Positions 8,503 through 16,573 of a stretch of DNA of 64,000 nucleotides are shown here, piece after piece (positions within the stretch are counted from its first letter, which is position 1; every line of letters begins with the position of its first letter). The position numbers and the translations under genes are program-made. Location: NCBI GenBank assembly GCA_044867525.1, contig JBIOVB010000009.1, positions 599 through 64,598 on the forward strand. The letters run 5' to 3'. Below the pieces are notes generated by a model that worked only from the letters and a program-made list of their open reading frames with translations, was not told the DNA's origin and ran no database searches. This DNA is from Acidimicrobiia bacterium (lineage in GTDB: Bacteria > Actinomycetota > Acidimicrobiia > Spongiisociales > ZC4RG35).

Positions 8503-9609
8503 ATGGAGCCCACCCTGAGTCGCGACTGTTACGTGGCGGCCGAATGGTTCGATCGAGAGCGGGAAAAGGTGTTCGAGGCGCAGTGGTTCTGCGTCGGGCG
8601 TGAGGAGGAGATCCCGGACCCAGGGGACCATCTCGTCTGCCAGGTGGTCGACGAGTCGGTCATCGTCACCCGGCAGCGTGACGGCGGGCTCTCCGCCTAC
8701 ATCAACCTCTGCCGGCACCGGGGCACGGTGCTGGCGACCGCCCAGGGGAAACCCGGTCAGGTCGAGATCGGGCCCTCTGACACCTTCCATGGCTCCATCC
8801 AGTGCCCCTATCACAACTGGACCTACGCCTTCGATGGCCGGCTCCGTGCCGCTCCCTTCCTCGACGAGGAGGACGGGTTGAGAAAGGATGACCTTCCTCT
8901 GCACGAAGTCGCGGTCGACTCCTGGGGGGGATTCGTCTTCGCCCACCTCGACCCGGCAAATGCTGCGCCCCTCTCCGATCAGTTCCAGGACACCGAGTCC
9001 TACCTGGCCAACTACCCGCTCACCGACCTGCGCAGCGTGGTGCGCATCGTCTACCCGGTCTCAGCCAACTGGAAGGCGATCGTCGAGAACTACAACGAGT
9101 GCTACCACTGCGGACCAGTCCACCCCGAGCTGGTGGAGCTGGTGCCCGCCTTTCGCCAGCGGGGCGGGTCAGAACTGGATTGGGAAGCGGGCATCCCGCA
9201 CCGGGAGGGTGCCTGGACCTTCACCGCCACCGGGACCAGCAACCGCCAGCCCTTCCCCGGGCTCAGCCCCGAAGAGATGGAGCGCCACAAGGGCCAGCTG
9301 ATCTATCCCAACCTGATGCTCAGCCTCTCCGCAGACCATGTCGCTGCCTTCACGTTGTGGCCCAGGGCCGCCGACGACACGGTTGTGGTTTGTGACTTCC
9401 TGTTCCACAAGGACGAGGTCGAGCGTTCGGGGTTCGACCCCTCCGACGCCGTCGACTTCTGGGATCTGGTCAATCGCCAGGACTGGCAGATCTGTGAGCT
9501 GGTGCAACGCGGGATGAGATCGCGGCGGTTCGCCACCGGGTTCTACGCCCCGATGGAGGACTACTCGATGGACATCCGCCGCTATCTGGGTGACCTCGGC
9601 CTGCAGTGA
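8503..9609 (+). CDS. Rieske [2Fe-2S] non-heme-iron oxygenase alpha subunit (GbcA/Stc2-like demethylase type)
   Basis: The start is ATG 8503 within ORF 8242..9609. The Rieske motif 'CRHRG...CPYHNW' and the mononuclear-iron motif 'NECYHCGPVHPEL' are present. Confidence 0.85.
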   Translation: MEPTLSRDCYVAAEWFDREREKVFEAQWFCVGREEEIPDPGDHLVCQVVDESVIVTRQRDGGLSAYINLCRHRGTVLATAQGKPGQVEIGPSDTFHGSIQCPYHNWTYAFDGRLRAAPFLDEEDGLRKDDLPLHEVAVDSWGGFVFAHLDPANAAPLSDQFQDTESYLANYPLTDLRSVVRIVYPVSANWKAIVENYNECYHCGPVHPELVELVPAFRQRGGSELDWEAGIPHREGAWTFTATGTSNRQPFPGLSPEEMERHKGQLIYPNLMLSLSADHVAAFTLWPRAADDTVVVCDFLFHKDEVERSGFDPSDAVDFWDLVNRQDWQICELVQRGMRSRRFATGFYAPMEDYSMDIRRYLGDLGLQ

Positions 9610-10772
9610 AGGCCGACTACGACCTGATCGTCCTCGGCCTGGGCGGGATCGGAAGCGCCGCTGCCTATTGGGGTGCTCGCCGGATCGGGGGCTCGGTGCT
9701 GGGGATCGAGCAATACCAATTGGGCCACGGCAATGGCGGGTCCGAGGACCACAGCCGAATCATCCGGCTCTCGTACCACACCCCGGAATATGTCGAGCTG
9801 GCCCAGGCCGCGTACCAGGCGTGGGAGCAGGTCGAGGTCGAGTCCGGGGAACCACTCGTGCTGCGCACCGGCGGTCTCGACCTGGCTCCGGAAGGAGCCA
9901 GCATCGGGCTCGACGACTATCGGGCGTCGATGTCCACCGCTGGAGTGCCCTTCGAGGAGCTCGATTCGACGGAATTGATGAAACGCTGGCCGCAGTGGCA
10001 GGTCGGAGACGACGTGAGGGCGCTGTATCAGGAGCGATCGGGGATCGCCATGGCCTCCCGGGCCAACGCCACCCACCGTCGGCTCGCCGCGGGGCACGGA
10101 GCCAACCTGCTGGATTCGGTCGAAGTGGAGTCCATCCGGGAGACCGATGGGGAGGTCGAGGTCGTCGCCGGCGGGACCTCCTATCGCGCGGCCAATGTGA
10201 TTGTCGCGGCCGGCGCCTGGACCAACCGCACGCTGCAATCGTTGGGAGTGAGCTTCCCGCTCGAGGTGACACAGGAGCAGGTGGTTTACCTCGACCCACT
10301 CGATCCCGCTGCCTTCCATCCCAGTCGGTTCCCGATCTGGATTTGGATGGACGAGCCCAACTTCTATGGCTTTCCCATCTTTGGGGAGCCTGCGGTGAAG
10401 GTGGCGTGGGACCGTTGCGAGATCGTCACCGATCCCCAGGCCCGCAGCTTCCAGCCCAGGGAGGACGTCAACGAGGCGGTGCTCCGGTTCACGGCCCAGC
10501 ACCTCCCGAGTGCGGCCGGCTCGATCCGTCTCGCCAAGACCTGCCTCTATACCCTGACACCGGACCGGGACTTCATCGTGGACCGTGTGCCCGGCCGGGA
10601 GCATGTGCTCACCGCGGTTGGGGCGGGGCATGCCTTCAAATTCGCCTCCCTGCTGGGCAGGGTGCTGATCGACCTTGCGTTGGATGGGGAGACCGACGTG
10701 AACATCTCCCCGTTCGCAGCCGATCGGGCAATCCTCGGCGAGGAAGACCCGATGCGGACATACATGGTGTGA
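9606..10772 (+). CDS. Monomeric sarcosine oxidase / N-methyltryptophan oxidase-like FAD enzyme
   Basis: 'DLIVLGLGGIGSAAAYW', 'SEDHSRIIRLSY' and 'GAGHAFKFASLLGRVL' are present. The GTG start overlaps the Rieske gene's stop (GTGA at 9606-9609). Confidence 0.85.
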   Translation: MKADYDLIVLGLGGIGSAAAYWGARRIGGSVLGIEQYQLGHGNGGSEDHSRIIRLSYHTPEYVELAQAAYQAWEQVEVESGEPLVLRTGGLDLAPEGASIGLDDYRASMSTAGVPFEELDSTELMKRWPQWQVGDDVRALYQERSGIAMASRANATHRRLAAGHGANLLDSVEVESIRETDGEVEVVAGGTSYRAANVIVAAGAWTNRTLQSLGVSFPLEVTQEQVVYLDPLDPAAFHPSRFPIWIWMDEPNFYGFPIFGEPAVKVAWDRCEIVTDPQARSFQPREDVNEAVLRFTAQHLPSAAGSIRLAKTCLYTLTPDRDFIVDRVPGREHVLTAVGAGHAFKFASLLGRVLIDLALDGETDVNISPFAADRAILGEEDPMRTYMV

Positions 10773-10827
10773 TTACGACGGACTAGCGCATTTGCGCACT
10801 CTTCAAGTAGTCCCTGGCACCTGACGA

Positions 10828-12645
10828 TTGATTCCCGTGGACAACCTGGCCACCAAGCGAGCGCGGGTCGACGACGCCTTGACCGACCACGATCGGGTGG
10901 AGGCCCTGAACGAGTTGTGCTCCGCCCTCTACGAGTTCGACTCCAACGAGGCGGTAGCAGTGGCCGAGCAGTCGATCCAGCTCGCGGAGGCCACCGGTGA
11001 CGCCCTGGGACGGGCATGGGCCCTGCACAATCGGGGCTGGGCATACAGCTCGCTGGGGAGGCTCGACGAAGCACTCGACGACCAGTTGTCGGCCCGTGCC
11101 CAATTCGAGCTCGCCAATGACATGAAAGGTGTGGCCAACTCTCTGATGGCGATAGGGGACCTCTACGGCGACGTCGGCGATACCTCGACCGCCCTGGAAT
11201 ACCTGGAGCGGGCCCGGGCCCCTCTGAAGATGATCGATGACCCCCAGGCCCATGGGCTCCTCGCCAACCTCACCGGGATCGCGCTCAGCAATGAAGGCAG
11301 GCACCGGGAAGCCTTGGACATCTTCGAGCAGACCGAGGACATCTACACCTCCATCGGCGACACCTTGCGCATCGGGACCGCCCGGATCAACCAGGGCTTC
11401 GAGATGATGGTGCTCGCCAAGTCATCCGAGGACGACGAGAGGGAGGCCTTGATCTCGAAGGCCCGAGAGCTCGCGGTGGAGATCGTTTTGCGTGGCGAAA
11501 GCCTTGGAGAGGACGGGCGGCATACCCGGGCCTATGGGGAATACCTCATGGCACTGGTCCACGCCGCGTCGGGGCTTCGGGATCAGGCGCTCTCCCACTC
11601 CGCTGAAGCCGAGCTCGCAGCCAATGCCGGGGGCCTGGACCAACTCGGAGTGGAGATCGCACTCGACCGGGTTGGATGGCTGATCGAGGCCTGTCGCCTG
11701 CCCGAGGCCGGGACATTGCTCGACCAGATCGTGGCCAAGAGCGAGAAGATCGACCTGAAGAGGGCAATCGTCAAGGCCGCATCCCTCCGCGCCGACCTTC
11801 TCGAGGCGCTTGGCGACCATGCCGGCGCCCTCGCCTCTCATCGCGACTTTCATCGGCTCGACGACGCCCTGCACACCGACGAGGCAGAGCGGAGAGCGCG
11901 GCTCACTGCCACCCGATTCCAGGTGGAGCGGGCGCGCCGCGAGGCCGAGGTGGCCCAGGAAAGGGTGGGCGAGTTGGAGGCACTGGACCACGAGAAGCGG
12001 GACTTCCTGGCGAGCGTCAGCCATGAGTTGCGAACCCCACTGGCCGCGGTGCTCGGCTTCGCCACTGAGCTTGCCGAATCGTGGGACCTCTTCGAGCCCG
12101 ACGAAGCCAGGGGCCTGGTCCGGCTCATCGCCAGTCAGTCCGCCGACATTTCCAGCATCGTCGACGACTTGCTCACCATGACCCGGCTCGAGGCGGGGAC
12201 CATGAGCGTCTACCCGACCGAGGTCGCGGTCACCGAGCACCTCTCCGATCTGGTGGAGTCTGCTGGCCGTGACGGATCGCGGCCAATCGCATGGGAGGGC
12301 GATGTCGTTGTCTGGGCCGACGCCAATCGCCTTCGCCAGATAATCCGCAACCTGATCACCAACGCCCTCCGCTACGGGGGCGAAGAGATCAGGGTCGTCC
12401 TCGGCGAGGACGGGACCCATGGCGCGATCGAGGTCCGCGACTCAGGTGGCCCGATCCCACCGGCCAGGGTCGCCACCATGTTCGACCCATTCGAGCATGG
12501 AGACAGCGGCCAGAACACACCGAACTCTGTTGGTCTCGGCCTTGCCGTCGCCAGGAGCCTGGCCCGGGTGATGGGCGGAGACCTCCACTACACGCACGAC
12601 GGGGAGTCGGTGTTTCGCTTGGAGCTTCCCTTGACGCAAGCTTGA
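10828..12645 (+). CDS. Soluble sensor histidine kinase with N-terminal TPR-like repeats
   Basis: The H-box 'SHELRTPLAAVLGF' is present, with HATPase motifs 'NLITNALRYG', 'DSGGPIP' and 'GLGLAVARSLA'. No TM segment is visible. The roughly 380-aa N-terminus has TPR-like repeats ('GRAWALHNRGWAYSSLGRLDEAL'). The start is TTG 10828 or GTG 10837. Confidence 0.8.
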   Translation: MIPVDNLATKRARVDDALTDHDRVEALNELCSALYEFDSNEAVAVAEQSIQLAEATGDALGRAWALHNRGWAYSSLGRLDEALDDQLSARAQFELANDMKGVANSLMAIGDLYGDVGDTSTALEYLERARAPLKMIDDPQAHGLLANLTGIALSNEGRHREALDIFEQTEDIYTSIGDTLRIGTARINQGFEMMVLAKSSEDDEREALISKARELAVEIVLRGESLGEDGRHTRAYGEYLMALVHAASGLRDQALSHSAEAELAANAGGLDQLGVEIALDRVGWLIEACRLPEAGTLLDQIVAKSEKIDLKRAIVKAASLRADLLEALGDHAGALASHRDFHRLDDALHTDEAERRARLTATRFQVERARREAEVAQERVGELEALDHEKRDFLASVSHELRTPLAAVLGFATELAESWDLFEPDEARGLVRLIASQSADISSIVDDLLTMTRLEAGTMSVYPTEVAVTEHLSDLVESAGRDGSRPIAWEGDVVVWADANRLRQIIRNLITNALRYGGEEIRVVLGEDGTHGAIEVRDSGGPIPPARVATMFDPFEHGDSGQNTPNSVGLGLAVARSLARVMGGDLHYTHDGESVFRLELPLTQA

Positions 12646-12746
12646 GGTGCCGGCCGACTTTGGCCTCGACCACCTTCGACCCCACACGGTTGAAGCCGGG
12701 GTGAAACCGAACAGTCTGGGACCAAAGAGACGCCGGTCGGCCGGGG

Positions 12747-13742
12747 CTACCGCTCCGTTGAGGGCATGTCGGCCGCTATCGACACAGCCCAGCATGCAGC
12801 CGCGACCAGTGCTCCCGCCGAGAGAGGGCCCGGGTCGTCGCGGGGACAGCGGGCGGCGACCTCGGGTGCCAACTCCCCCGACTTGAACAAGGGGCATCTG
12901 GGGTGGAACCGACAACCGTTCGGGATCCGGGTCGGGTCGGGTATCTCACCGGTGAGGATCTGCTGCTCCATCGACCGGGTCTCCGGCACGACCGAAAGCA
13001 GAGCCCGGGTGTAGGGGTGTTTTGGGTCCTCGAGGATCTCCTCGGTGGGCCCGGTCTCCACGATCCGCCCCAGGTACATCACCGCGACTCGATCGGCGAT
13101 GTTCCAAGCCAGGCCCAGGTCGTGGGTCACCACCAGAATCGACAACCCGGCCTCGTCCACGAGGTGGCGCATCAGGGCGAGGATCTCGCCCCGGATCGAG
13201 GCGTCGAGGCTGGCCACAGGCTCGTCGGCGAGGAGGAGGCGGGGCTCCATGACCATGGCCCCAGCGATCACCACCCGCTGCCGCTGCCCGCCTGAGACCT
13301 CGTGGGGATACATCGGGAAGAAGCGCTCCGGAGGACGCAGACCGGCCCGGGACAGGGCGGAAGCGACCCTGGCTTCCTCGTCGGCGGGGTGCCCGTGGAT
13401 TCGCAAGCCCTCCGCCACCACCTCGTAGATCGTCTGTCTCGGGTTGAGCGCCCCGGTCGGGTCCTGGAACACCATCTGCACAGTTGGGTTGAAGACGGTC
13501 TGAATCGTCTTCTTCGTCGCAGCGTCGACCGGTCCCCCCTCGACGTGGATCCGCCCCGAGGTCACCTTTTGCAAACCCTGGATGGCCCGGATCAACGTTG
13601 TCTTGCCCGAGCCGGACTCTCCGACCAGGGCCAGGACCTCTCCGGGGTCGACATGAAGTGACGCCCCGTCCACGGCCCGGGCGTTCCCGAAGTCGACATG
13701 GAGGTCTTCGACCTCGACGAGAGGGGTCACACCAGCACGCAC
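12747..13742 (-). CDS. Peptide/nickel ABC transporter ATP-binding protein (DppF/OppF-like)
   Basis: Walker A 'GESGSGKTT', signature 'VSGGQRQR', Walker B 'LLLADEP', and the C-terminal oligopeptide-type extension 'GCRFHPRCP' are present. The alternative GTG start at 13730 would give a GTGA overlap with the upstream stop. Confidence 0.9.
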   Translation of the reverse strand: MRAGVTPLVEVEDLHVDFGNARAVDGASLHVDPGEVLALVGESGSGKTTLIRAIQGLQKVTSGRIHVEGGPVDAATKKTIQTVFNPTVQMVFQDPTGALNPRQTIYEVVAEGLRIHGHPADEEARVASALSRAGLRPPERFFPMYPHEVSGGQRQRVVIAGAMVMEPRLLLADEPVASLDASIRGEILALMRHLVDEAGLSILVVTHDLGLAWNIADRVAVMYLGRIVETGPTEEILEDPKHPYTRALLSVVPETRSMEQQILTGEIPDPTRIPNGCRFHPRCPLFKSGELAPEVAARCPRDDPGPLSAGALVAAACWAVSIAADMPSTER

Positions 13743-14689
13743 GCCGCACTCCTCCCCTCGCCCGATGCCCGCAGCCCTGGCTCCTCCGGCAAACAGGCGT
13801 CATGAGCCAGTGGGCACCGGGGATGGAACGGGCACCCTTGCGGCAGGCTTCCCGGGGTTGGCGGGTCGCCCCCCAGCCCGGCGGGCGCCATCCGCGAGGC
13901 CCTGTCCCCGATTGTGGGAAAGGCGGCGGCCAGGGCCCTTGTGTAGGGATGGGCTGCGTTCTCGAACACCTCGAAGGATGGGCCCTGCTCGACGATTCGG
14001 CCGGCGTACATCACCGCGAGACGTCGGCAGGCGTATGTCAGCACCGACAGGTCGTGGGTGATGAACATCACGGTGAGGTCATGTTCTGCCTTGAGATCGT
14101 CGAGTAGCGCCAGCACCTGGGCCTGGACCATGAGATCGAGGGCCGTCGTCGGCTCGTCGGCGATGAGCAGGAGCGGATCGCAGGCCAGTGCCATCGCAAT
14201 GAGGACCCGCTGCCGCTGCCCTCCCGAGAGTTGATGGGGATATGAGTCGGCCCGGGTCTCGGAGAGCCCGACCCGTCCCAGTAGCTCCACGGTGCGGGTT
14301 CGTGCTGCTCTTTCGTTGGTGGCGGTGTCGTGGATCAACATCGGCTCTGCAATCTGCTCACCGACGGTCTGCACCGGGTTCAGGGCATGCAGCGCCCCCT
14401 GGAACACGATGGCCCCGGCGGTCCATCGCAGCGCGCGCAGCCCTCCGGGGGATAGAGCGAGCACGTCCTTGCCGTCGAGTGTGACCTCGCCGGTCACCTC
14501 CGTCCCTGAAGGCAGCAAACGCAAGAGTGCTCCGGCGAGAGTGGACTTGCCGCACCCGGACTCCCCGGCGAGACCCATCGAGCCGCCCTTTTCCAGGTCA
14601 AAGCTCACTCCACGCACCGCGGGCACCGGCCCACTCTTCGACTGGTAGGTGACCTGGAGGTCGCGAACCGATAGCAGCGGTTGGGCCAT
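13727..14689 (-). CDS. Peptide/nickel ABC transporter ATP-binding protein (DppD/OppD-like)
   Basis: The start is ATG 14689 (TGATG overlap with the permease stop). 'GESGCGKST', 'LSGGQRQR', '[12 protein letters not shown]' and 'GCPFHPRCP' are present. Confidence 0.9.
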   Translation of the reverse strand: MAQPLLSVRDLQVTYQSKSGPVPAVRGVSFDLEKGGSMGLAGESGCGKSTLAGALLRLLPSGTEVTGEVTLDGKDVLALSPGGLRALRWTAGAIVFQGALHALNPVQTVGEQIAEPMLIHDTATNERAARTRTVELLGRVGLSETRADSYPHQLSGGQRQRVLIAMALACDPLLLIADEPTTALDLMVQAQVLALLDDLKAEHDLTVMFITHDLSVLTYACRRLAVMYAGRIVEQGPSFEVFENAAHPYTRALAAAFPTIGDRASRMAPAGLGGDPPTPGSLPQGCPFHPRCPLAHDACLPEEPGLRASGEGRSAACVLV

Positions 14690-15579
14690 CAACGACCGCC
14701 GAGCCGGGGGTTGGCGATCTCCTCGAGGGTGCGACCGATGAGGGTGAACGCCAGGACCACGGCCAGGATCCCGAAGCCTGCGGGAAGGAAGTACCACCAG
14801 GCGTTGCGGGTCATCGCCCCGTTTACGAACGCCTCCTCCAACGTCTTACCCCAGGAGGCGGCCGAAGGATCGCCAAGCCCGAGGAAAGACAGGGTGGTTT
14901 CGGTGAGGATCGAGACCGGGACCGCAAGGGTGGCGTTGGCCAGGATCAACCCGCTGACATTGGGCAGGATGTGATGCTCGACTATGTGCACCCCGCTGGC
15001 GCCCAACGAGCGAGCCCTGTCGACGAACAGGCGTTGCTTCACCGTCAGCACCTGGGCCCGCACCAAACGGGCGGTAGAGGGCCAGGAGGTGACTCCGATG
15101 ACGAAGATGATGTTCCATACATTCCTCCCCAGGACCGAGGCGAGGACGATGGCCAGGGGGAGAAAGGGGATCACCAGGAACCACTCGGTGATCCGCATCA
15201 GGAAGGCGTCGACCTTGCCCCCGACGAAACCGGAGACGATCCCGACCACCGAGCCGATCAGGATCGTGAGCACCGTGGCAGCCAGGCCGACGAAGAGGCT
15301 GACCCTCGAGCCCCAGACGAACTGGGCCCACGACGAGCGCCGGATGTAGTCGGTGCCGAGGGGCGGGAATTCAGATGGAGGAGCCCACTGTGGGTTTCCC
15401 GCAGCACGTGCGAACACCGGGCTCAACTCCCGGGCATCCACGATCAGAGGGGCGGCGAGCGCCATCAGGACGAAGAGGGCGAGCACCGCGAGCCCGATCA
15501 TCCCCTGACGGGAGCTGCGGAACTGCTGCCAGACCCGGCCGGCCGTCGCTCGCCGTCGCCTCATGGCGAGACTGGTCAT
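14689..15579 (-). CDS. Peptide ABC transporter permease (DppC/OppC-like)
   Basis: The start is ATG 15579, overlapping the upstream stop (ATGA). The product is 296 aa with a BPD-transporter core ('VDRARSLGASGVHIVEHHILPN'). Confidence 0.9.
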   Translation of the reverse strand: MTSLAMRRRRATAGRVWQQFRSSRQGMIGLAVLALFVLMALAAPLIVDARELSPVFARAAGNPQWAPPSEFPPLGTDYIRRSSWAQFVWGSRVSLFVGLAATVLTILIGSVVGIVSGFVGGKVDAFLMRITEWFLVIPFLPLAIVLASVLGRNVWNIIFVIGVTSWPSTARLVRAQVLTVKQRLFVDRARSLGASGVHIVEHHILPNVSGLILANATLAVPVSILTETTLSFLGLGDPSAASWGKTLEEAFVNGAMTRNAWWYFLPAGFGILAVVLAFTLIGRTLEEIANPRLGGR

Positions 15580-16553
15580 GCTTCCTCCACGCGTGGGTCG
15601 AGCCAGCTGTAGGTGAGGTCGGCGATCAGGTTGAACACGATCACGGCCGCGCTGAAGAGGAGGAACAGGCCTTGAAGCATGGGAAGATCCGGACCGCGGA
15701 TAGCGTCGGCGGTCGCCTTGCCCAGGCCTGGCCACGAGTACACCGCCTCGACCGCGATCGCCCCCGAGAGCACGAACCCGAAGTTGATCGCGGTCAGGGT
15801 TACCACCGGGAGCAGTGCGTTTGGCACGGCGTGCTTCCGGCGAACCACGACGTCGCGCAGCCCCTTGGCCCGAGCCACGGTCAAGTAATCCTCGCCCATC
15901 ACATCGAGCAGAGAGCTCCGGGTGATCAGCGTGTACTCGCCGAGATAGGCCAGCGTCAAGGTCAACGCCGGGAGGAACAGATGGTGGAGTTGGTCGAGGA
16001 GAAGCGGGATTCCGGTCTCGTTGGAGCCGGGATCGGTGATCCCGCCAACGGGGAACCAGCCCAGGGTCACCGCGAACACCACGAGGAGGATCATCCCCAG
16101 CCAGAAGTCGGGCATGGAATAGAACACCATCGTGCTCGAGGTGATGGCGTGGTCCTTCCAGGTGTTCCTCCTCCACGCCGCGATGATCCCGCCGATCGTC
16201 CCGATCACCGCGGAGAGCACGGCCGAGATCCCGACCAGAACAACCGTCGGTGGGATCGCGGTGACGATGTCGTCCCACACGGCGCGCCTCGTCTGATACG
16301 AGATCCCGAAGTTGAGCTGCGCAGTCTCCTTCAAATAGAGCAGGAATTGCGTGCCCAACGGCTGGTCGAGCCCGAAGGACCGCCTCAGGTCGTCGAGGAC
16401 ACTCTGTGGGATATTCCGGCCCCGGAACAAAGATGCGATCGGGTCGGTCTCAACCACCCGAAACAGAAAGAAGTTGAACACCAGGACGAAGACCAGCGTC
16501 AGCAGCGACCCGAGCACCTTCCGCAGAACGAGGCGGCTTCGGGATTTGCCCAA
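15576..16553 (-). CDS. Peptide ABC transporter permease (DppB/OppB-like)
   Basis: I chose the TTG at 16553 (GAAGAG lies upstream, 20 nt after the SBP stop). The longer ORF reaching 16673 would overlap the SBP gene. 'VARAKGLRDVVVRRKHAVPNAL' is the EAA-type loop. Confidence 0.8.
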   Translation of the reverse strand: MGKSRSRLVLRKVLGSLLTLVFVLVFNFFLFRVVETDPIASLFRGRNIPQSVLDDLRRSFGLDQPLGTQFLLYLKETAQLNFGISYQTRRAVWDDIVTAIPPTVVLVGISAVLSAVIGTIGGIIAAWRRNTWKDHAITSSTMVFYSMPDFWLGMILLVVFAVTLGWFPVGGITDPGSNETGIPLLLDQLHHLFLPALTLTLAYLGEYTLITRSSLLDVMGEDYLTVARAKGLRDVVVRRKHAVPNALLPVVTLTAINFGFVLSGAIAVEAVYSWPGLGKATADAIRGPDLPMLQGLFLLFSAAVIVFNLIADLTYSWLDPRVEEA

Positions 16554-16573
16554 CGCGCTCTTCGCAGTCAGCT

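Noticed and set aside
12649-12745. A 9-bp inverted repeat (CCGGCCGAC ... GTCGGCCGG) spanning the convergent gap between the histidine kinase and dppF.
   Set aside because: The arms are about 75 nt apart and purely GC-rich, so chance occurrence is likely. It has no supporting features.
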